Source: a virus
Lineage: Duplodnaviria; Caudoviricetes
DNA length: 64,000 nucleotides
IMG/VR virus record: IMGVR_UViG_3300018494_000083
Direction: 5' to 3' (one strand)
Part shown: in pieces, positions 58,601 to 64,000 of the stretch
Layout: every line of letters starts with the position of its first letter
Position numbering within the stretch: position 1 is the first letter of the stretch
Program-made: the position numbers and the translations under genes
Notes under the pieces: generated by a model
Told to the model about the DNA's origin: nothing
The model's input: only the letters and a program-made list of their open reading frames with translations
Databases searched by the model: none

Positions 58601-61031
58601 AAATATCAATCCGCAGTTTAATAAAGCTGATGATCTTGTCAGCTCTAGGGCTTATACTTTCTTAGATTCCTACATCTATATGAGGAACGGAAAGTATAAT
58701 GCTCTATACAATGCAAATAAAGAGATTCTTGCAATTGAGCGAGAGGCTCTTGATAAGCAGAGTGCAGAGATCTTATACTACGCATTGACAGAACAAACAA
58801 AGATGTTGAATACTGTCGTCATTCGTATCCGTAACTTTGCACAGAATATCAGAGGAGACGTGATTCAGAATCTTCAGACAATTATCCCTGAAGCTGATGA
58901 AATGCGTAAATTTGAGGAAGCTCTTAAAGCATCTAATCCTTATCCTCAAAAAGTTGTAAATTACAAGATTTCGCCTATCGAGTATCCGAATATGGCAGTA
59001 TTTTACAGCTTATTCAAGAGAGAATTAAAGGCATATGCCGATATCGAAGATGATAAAGCAGCAAAAGATAATCCATTTATTCACAACTATGCTACCAAGT
59101 TCTTGATTGACTCGGCAGAAGAGTTGGCTCATATCAATGTGGATATCTTATCTTCCGAGGAATTCTTTATTACTAATCTTCCTAAGTTGATTAAGATTAA
59201 GGAATACTTCAAGAAGAAACAGCAAATCATCACCGGTATCAACCGTGACTTCAGAACTTTCTATTTCTATCTCAGACAGTTTAGAATGCTTCAAAAAGTC
59301 ATGGCTACTATGAATCCTACCGTTATGAATGATGGTAGAATCTCTGTTGCCGGTTGTTCCAAACCGCTGAATTCGTTCAGTGATTATCTTATATATTACA
59401 AGCACTACACAATGATGGTTAAGTACCTCATTGATGTAGTATCCACTTACGACATGAAGTTCTTTAACAAGATCTATGCCATCCAATCTAACATCGAAGT
59501 TTACAGAGCAGTTATTAACTCTGTAGTATCTCGCTATCAAACTCAGATGAGAAACAACGAGTCTGCTGAAATTGATAGCATGATTTCTGGTGTGGACAAT
59601 GTGAACTTGTTCTTGAACGACGCTTATGAACTGACTCCCGAAGAGATGGCTCATAAAGAAAAGTGGATGCAAATGGATTATGGTCCCAAGGAGAACTGGT
59701 CAGCTGAAATGAAGGCTGAGTCTGATGCTTATTGGGCTAGACATCCTGAATATTTTGAGAAGTTCAACGATGGACAGTTTGATATCATTCCTGATACTAT
59801 CCATAAACTTGAAGTTCCCAAATCCTTAGTTGCTGATCCTGAGGACGCATATGAGTATGATCCTGACGAAGATCTCGAAGAGATTGAAACAGATGATCAT
59901 AATTATGAGATGCAGAAAGTTAAGGAAGGCAACTCTCTTTACACTACCGATGCTTACAATAGCTTCGATGAGGTTGATAAAACTTGGTTTGAATCTAAGA
60001 AAGTTTTTGATAGCACATCTATCAAGGATCTTATCAGTAACAAACAGGCTACTATCACCGAGGCAGTTGATGCTAAAGTAAATGCGAAGAAAGCTATCCA
60101 GTTGATGAGAGACGCTATCATTGCTGCGTCTGCTAAGTTCAAGGATTCTGCAAAGACTATCCGTGAAGAATATGCAGAAACAATGGATGCACTCGAATCT
60201 TTCAATATAGATGAATTCGATCTTACTGGTATCGAGTTTGAAACCTTTAAATATCATAAGGGTGTAGATCATATGCATCACATCAAGATACCTACATATC
60301 GTCCTGATGATAATGATCTGCTTACTGAAGGTGATGGCATTGGTTACAAACAGAAATACTTCAAAGATCTCTATTACTTCAGTTATAAGGGTCAACCTCT
60401 TAACAAGAACAGATTCCGTGGATCTCAGGCTAAGTCTGTGATCAGCGGTGATAAGATTAAAGAAGCATATGAATTCTTTACTAACTTCATCGATACCTAC
60501 AATAATACTGTAGTGAGAGCTATGGCTGCTTCTAATACTAGAATCGCAAATGCTCTCAGAGTCGATGAAAATATGCTTGAATCTGCATTCGGAAGAACTG
60601 ACCTGCTTACTGAGGCTATCTTGATAAACCGTTCTATGTTTAAGAATGATCTTTATTCTATCTTACTTGAAGCAGGAGAAGATGATCATGACGCAATGAT
60701 GGATGATCTTGAAGATATTGTAGGAGTTGAACCTGAAGATTATGATAGACATGATCCCGAAGGTGATGTTCCTCCAGAAGAAGAGATTCCAGAAGACGAA
60801 GAAAACTCTCAGGAACCCAAGGAACCTGAGAGAGAAGATGATGCAAGTAATTTGAATATTGACGAACCTGAAGCCGAGAAAGCTAATAAGAGTCTTGTAG
60901 TTGCTGAAGCACTCAGAATGTACTGTAAGATTTGTTATGAGGTTCAGTCTGCTCGTATGGATATTTATGAAGAAATCTATGAAACGGCATTCAAGTTCCT
61001 TCATGTATTAATCACTTCAACTAAAAAATAA
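58587..61031 (+). CDS. Large putative virion protein
   Basis: 814 aa; ITEA/LTEA/LLEA motifs and acidic tracts. Confidence 0.7.
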   Translation: MIPNKNINPQFNKADDLVSSRAYTFLDSYIYMRNGKYNALYNANKEILAIEREALDKQSAEILYYALTEQTKMLNTVVIRIRNFAQNIRGDVIQNLQTIIPEADEMRKFEEALKASNPYPQKVVNYKISPIEYPNMAVFYSLFKRELKAYADIEDDKAAKDNPFIHNYATKFLIDSAEELAHINVDILSSEEFFITNLPKLIKIKEYFKKKQQIITGINRDFRTFYFYLRQFRMLQKVMATMNPTVMNDGRISVAGCSKPLNSFSDYLIYYKHYTMMVKYLIDVVSTYDMKFFNKIYAIQSNIEVYRAVINSVVSRYQTQMRNNESAEIDSMISGVDNVNLFLNDAYELTPEEMAHKEKWMQMDYGPKENWSAEMKAESDAYWARHPEYFEKFNDGQFDIIPDTIHKLEVPKSLVADPEDAYEYDPDEDLEEIETDDHNYEMQKVKEGNSLYTTDAYNSFDEVDKTWFESKKVFDSTSIKDLISNKQATITEAVDAKVNAKKAIQLMRDAIIAASAKFKDSAKTIREEYAETMDALESFNIDEFDLTGIEFETFKYHKGVDHMHHIKIPTYRPDDNDLLTEGDGIGYKQKYFKDLYYFSYKGQPLNKNRFRGSQAKSVISGDKIKEAYEFFTNFIDTYNNTVVRAMAASNTRIANALRVDENMLESAFGRTDLLTEAILINRSMFKNDLYSILLEAGEDDHDAMMDDLEDIVGVEPEDYDRHDPEGDVPPEEEIPEDEENSQEPKEPEREDDASNLNIDEPEAEKANKSLVVAEALRMYCKICYEVQSARMDIYEEIYETAFKFLHVLITSTKK

Positions 61032-61170
61032 ACAAGATAAGGGTATGAGCTCACGCTCATACCCTACTTTTTGTCTCAAACGACATCTTTAAAATGAAAG
61101 GAAAAAAACATTGAAAACTTTAACGAAACCATTCACAGAAAACCTCGTGGAATCTCACCACATTATAATG

Positions 61171-61503
61171 TTAGTAATTTGCACATTCAATGAACACGAG
61201 GTCATCGGAATCTTCGGTTATATCAAAGAAGATATCAATGTTATCTTTAATCGCAGAATTCAGATCTGCTACATCAGGAATTTCAGTTTCTCTGTCAAGA
61301 CTGTGGTTTATTTCACTCATCACAAATCGAGTAAGTACAGAGGGCATATCCATTCCATTCGTGGATACACTTACAAATTGCTTCCTGATATCATTGCAAT
61401 CTACGCCCTTACATTCGTCATCGAGGTAACGGCAAAGATCGAAAATTGTATAATTTAGCCTGCTCCTGATAAGGAAAGCAGTCGTTCTTGGTGTCATATT
61501 CAT
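61171..61503 (-). CDS. Hypothetical protein
   Basis: 110-aa ORF downstream of rusA. Confidence 0.6.
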   Translation of the reverse strand: MNMTPRTTAFLIRSRLNYTIFDLCRYLDDECKGVDCNDIRKQFVSVSTNGMDMPSVLTRFVMSEINHSLDRETEIPDVADLNSAIKDNIDIFFDITEDSDDLVFIECANY

Positions 61504-61508
61504 CAGAC

Positions 61509-62216
61509 TTACCTTCTCTTATTCGTTTTCTTTTTGGAATATGGTGTAACTAAAAGTTTGGCATCTATATAATTTTCGAGATCTTTATACGATTTTCTAT
61601 GAGTGATTGTCTTATATGTATATTCACTAATAACCCCATTAGGGAATATGATATCCAACACTACTCGGGGCTTGAGTGAATAGTATTTATTAAAGGATGA
61701 TGACACAACAATGTCATCATCCATTATCACATGTTTCTGAATCATATCACAGTATGCCTTAAGGATATTATCGAAGTCTGGCTTACCGATCGCATAATCG
61801 TGCTCAGTTTCATATAATACCATTTCCAGAGGATTAACAGTGGTAGGCATAGGTGCATATGCTGTTAGATTTATTCTCATAGGAACCGTGATTACTTTGA
61901 GTTCATCATCAATATTCTTAATGAATTTCTCGATAGCATCAAAGTTCGCTTTTGCGTTAGGAACATGTAGACCACGGAACTTAAAATTCGTCCGTGGTCT
62001 ATGTGCTTGAATCGGAATTTCATAAAACGTAAATCTCAAGCAACGGTATTCAATAGACTCTTTAGCTTCCATAACTCTATCAAGAGCCATGTTTAGCAAG
62101 TCCTCGTTAAACTTGTCACCAAGCTTATCTTGTAACCGTTCATAGACATCCAAACTTACATTACCATAGAGTTCAGCATATTCTTTTTCTCTCTCTTTTC
62201 GAGAACGTATACGCAT
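61509..62216 (-). CDS. rusA: RusA-like Holliday junction resolvase
   Basis: RPR, KPDFDNILKAYCD, DDDIV, KYYSLKPRV. Confidence 0.8.
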   Translation of the reverse strand: MRIRSRKEREKEYAELYGNVSLDVYERLQDKLGDKFNEDLLNMALDRVMEAKESIEYRCLRFTFYEIPIQAHRPRTNFKFRGLHVPNAKANFDAIEKFIKNIDDELKVITVPMRINLTAYAPMPTTVNPLEMVLYETEHDYAIGKPDFDNILKAYCDMIQKHVIMDDDIVVSSSFNKYYSLKPRVVLDIIFPNGVISEYTYKTITHRKSYKDLENYIDAKLLVTPYSKKKTNKRR

Positions 62217-62275
62217 AATAATCTCCTTTGGTATTTAAGTTATTATAACAATGTCTGTTCCAATTTACTTTTCAA

Positions 62276-64000
62276 TTATCCCTTAGCCAGTGTGTTTGCT
62301 TTTTGTACAGTGTTCATATAGTCGTCAATAAGTTCACGTTCGAATGCAGGGAAATACCAGCCGTCATCGGTGATACGAACCTGGTTCTTTACACGGTTCT
62401 TAAGGAAGTTTGTCATGAACTGTACCTGTACTGTGGTTGATGGAGAGTTAAGGTTGTATCCAGAATAGGATGCAACGAAATCCATCAGACCGATATTATT
62501 GAATAGCATACCAAGAATCTTCTTGTATGCACCTGGGTTGATCGAAGTGAACAACGAACCAAGCGAACCAGTTGTAGTTCCCTTATACTCATTGGTCATA
62601 AAGATCTTTTCATACATATCCTGAATAGAGATTGTTACATTAATCTCTGTAGGAAGATGATGAATTGTATGAGACTCACCGCCATTACCACCACGCTCAA
62701 TTGCAAGAGAACTTACAATACCAAGCTGACAGTTAAACTGACCCTTGGAGAAAGCCTGGATAACAAAAGGTGAGGTATAGGTATTAGGACCAGCAGCCTG
62801 TCTCGGGAGAGCCAGAGCCATCAGTCGTGCAAGAGGTCTGAGCACATAAAGGAATACAGACTCGGGATCACCGTAAGGAGATACGAGTTTAACCTTGAAT
62901 TCGTGGGAGACCTCAGTATTAGAATCAGACCAGATTTCAGGTAAGGACATTTGGGATCCCATGAGGATACCACCAGCACCTTCTCCAATTACACCAAGGA
63001 AAGATCCAGAAAGTGTGCTTGCAATGTTTTCAAAAACACCACCAAGCAGAGAACCTTCAGATACATCAATACCAAGTGCTTCACCGAAGAAAGACCACTG
63101 TTTAACTTTGTCCGAATATTCAGTTACCTTACTTGCTACATTCGACTGAGCAGTTTCGGTACTGAATGTTTGACTGAGCTGAGAATCGGGTTGGTAGTAA
63201 CAGAAGATAGCAGGAGCTGTACCAAACTGACGAGTGAAGATATTGTCTCCTCCATCAAGTACAGTAATTGTATCATCGTACTGACCGTAAGTTGTATTGG
63301 CTCTGCCACTCATGAGTGCACATTCTTTATCGGCAATACCAATAAAGGTTGCAAACATATGACAGAGAGTGTTGACATATGCAATGTATTCATTATACTG
63401 ACTGGAGAATGAATAGAAACGCTCGTAGTCTTTACTGATGAAAGAGTAGATCCAGTTTTGGATATCACCAGCACCAGCACCTTTTACGATACCAGTGATG
63501 ATACCTTTAACACTATCTCCCATCTTAGAGAGGAAGCTAGATCTGTCAGGGAATCCTGCACGGAGAACGGCAATAGGCATATCATTAATAATATTCTCAA
63601 TGAAGTCCTTACCGTAACCAGTACGAGACTTGTCATTACCACCGGTATTAATCCAACCATAACGAATATCTGTATTAGACAGGAAGTTGAAAGGCAGACC
63701 GGTGATAGAGTGAATACTTACATATGGGCTTTCGTTATTTGCGATATTAGACGAATTATTGATAGCATAGATGTTGGAAGTCTGCGAATCACTCTTTTTT
63801 GCGAGATTCTTAATAGCATTTACTGCACCACTGATAGCTGATGCAATACCAGCAAAAATACCAGTCTTAGGTGTAGCAGCATTAGGCTTCTTAGCAGGAG
63901 CAAATAGCGAAGCAAGTTTAAACTTGGATGCAGGTGCTGCTCTTAGAGCCATCATTCGTCTTACAGGAACTTGAACTACTGCTCCAGTTTCAGGATCTAC
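62276..64000 (-). CDS. Putative tail/baseplate protein (5' end outside the window)
   Basis: Frame stays open upstream of 63955 to the window end; LPEIWSDS...KLVSPYGD...LPTEINVTISIQD. Confidence 0.6.
   Translation of the reverse strand, partial: VDPETGAVVQVPVRRMMALRAAPASKFKLASLFAPAKKPNAATPKTGIFAGIASAISGAVNAIKNLAKKSDSQTSNIYAINNSSNIANNESPYVSIHSITGLPFNFLSNTDIRYGWINTGGNDKSRTGYGKDFIENIINDMPIAVLRAGFPDRSSFLSKMGDSVKGIITGIVKGAGAGDIQNWIYSFISKDYERFYSFSSQYNEYIAYVNTLCHMFATFIGIADKECALMSGRANTTYGQYDDTITVLDGGDNIFTRQFGTAPAIFCYYQPDSQLSQTFSTETAQSNVASKVTEYSDKVKQWSFFGEALGIDVSEGSLLGGVFENIASTLSGSFLGVIGEGAGGILMGSQMSLPEIWSDSNTEVSHEFKVKLVSPYGDPESVFLYVLRPLARLMALALPRQAAGPNTYTSPFVIQAFSKGQFNCQLGIVSSLAIERGGNGGESHTIHHLPTEINVTISIQDMYEKIFMTNEYKGTTTGSLGSLFTSINPGAYKKILGMLFNNIGLMDFVASYSGYNLNSPSTTVQVQFMTNFLKNRVKNQVRITDDGWYFPAFERELIDDYMNTVQKANTLAKG

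Noticed and set aside
1-64000. tRNA, rRNA or IS elements
   Set aside because: None recognised by eye; tRNAscan-SE or Infernal would be needed to exclude them

Overview
AT-rich segment of a jumbo bacteriophage, probably PBS1/AR9- or phiKZ-like, and probably with a Firmicutes host (inference). It encodes its own RNA polymerase beta' fragment, a GyrB-like topoisomerase subunit, DnaB, primase, Mre11/SbcD, RusA, dUTPase, and baseplate and head proteins. Four closely related ORF-less group I introns split gyrB and dnaB, leaving exons of 54 nt and 12 nt. The main discovery is an atypical diversity-generating-retroelement (DGR)-like system. An avd - degenerate TR - RT locus (21384-23407) lies near a target gene fragment with a DUF6273/CLec-like variable region (WWLR-TP...NG-VCFG, 27103-27213). 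Three dispersed arrays plus one solo unit hold about 56 different, apparently silent cassettes of ~95-125 bp (manual count). Each cassette starts with ACT-CCN (Thr-Pro; one starts AGT-CCA), most end at or near GGT (Gly), and all but one are open in that frame. One cassette (12154-12264) matches the target's current variable region at 110/111 nt, and the single difference is A->T. This looks like a cassette library (or archive) for swapping a receptor-binding loop, coupled to DGR machinery. All calls come from manual reading; no searches were run.
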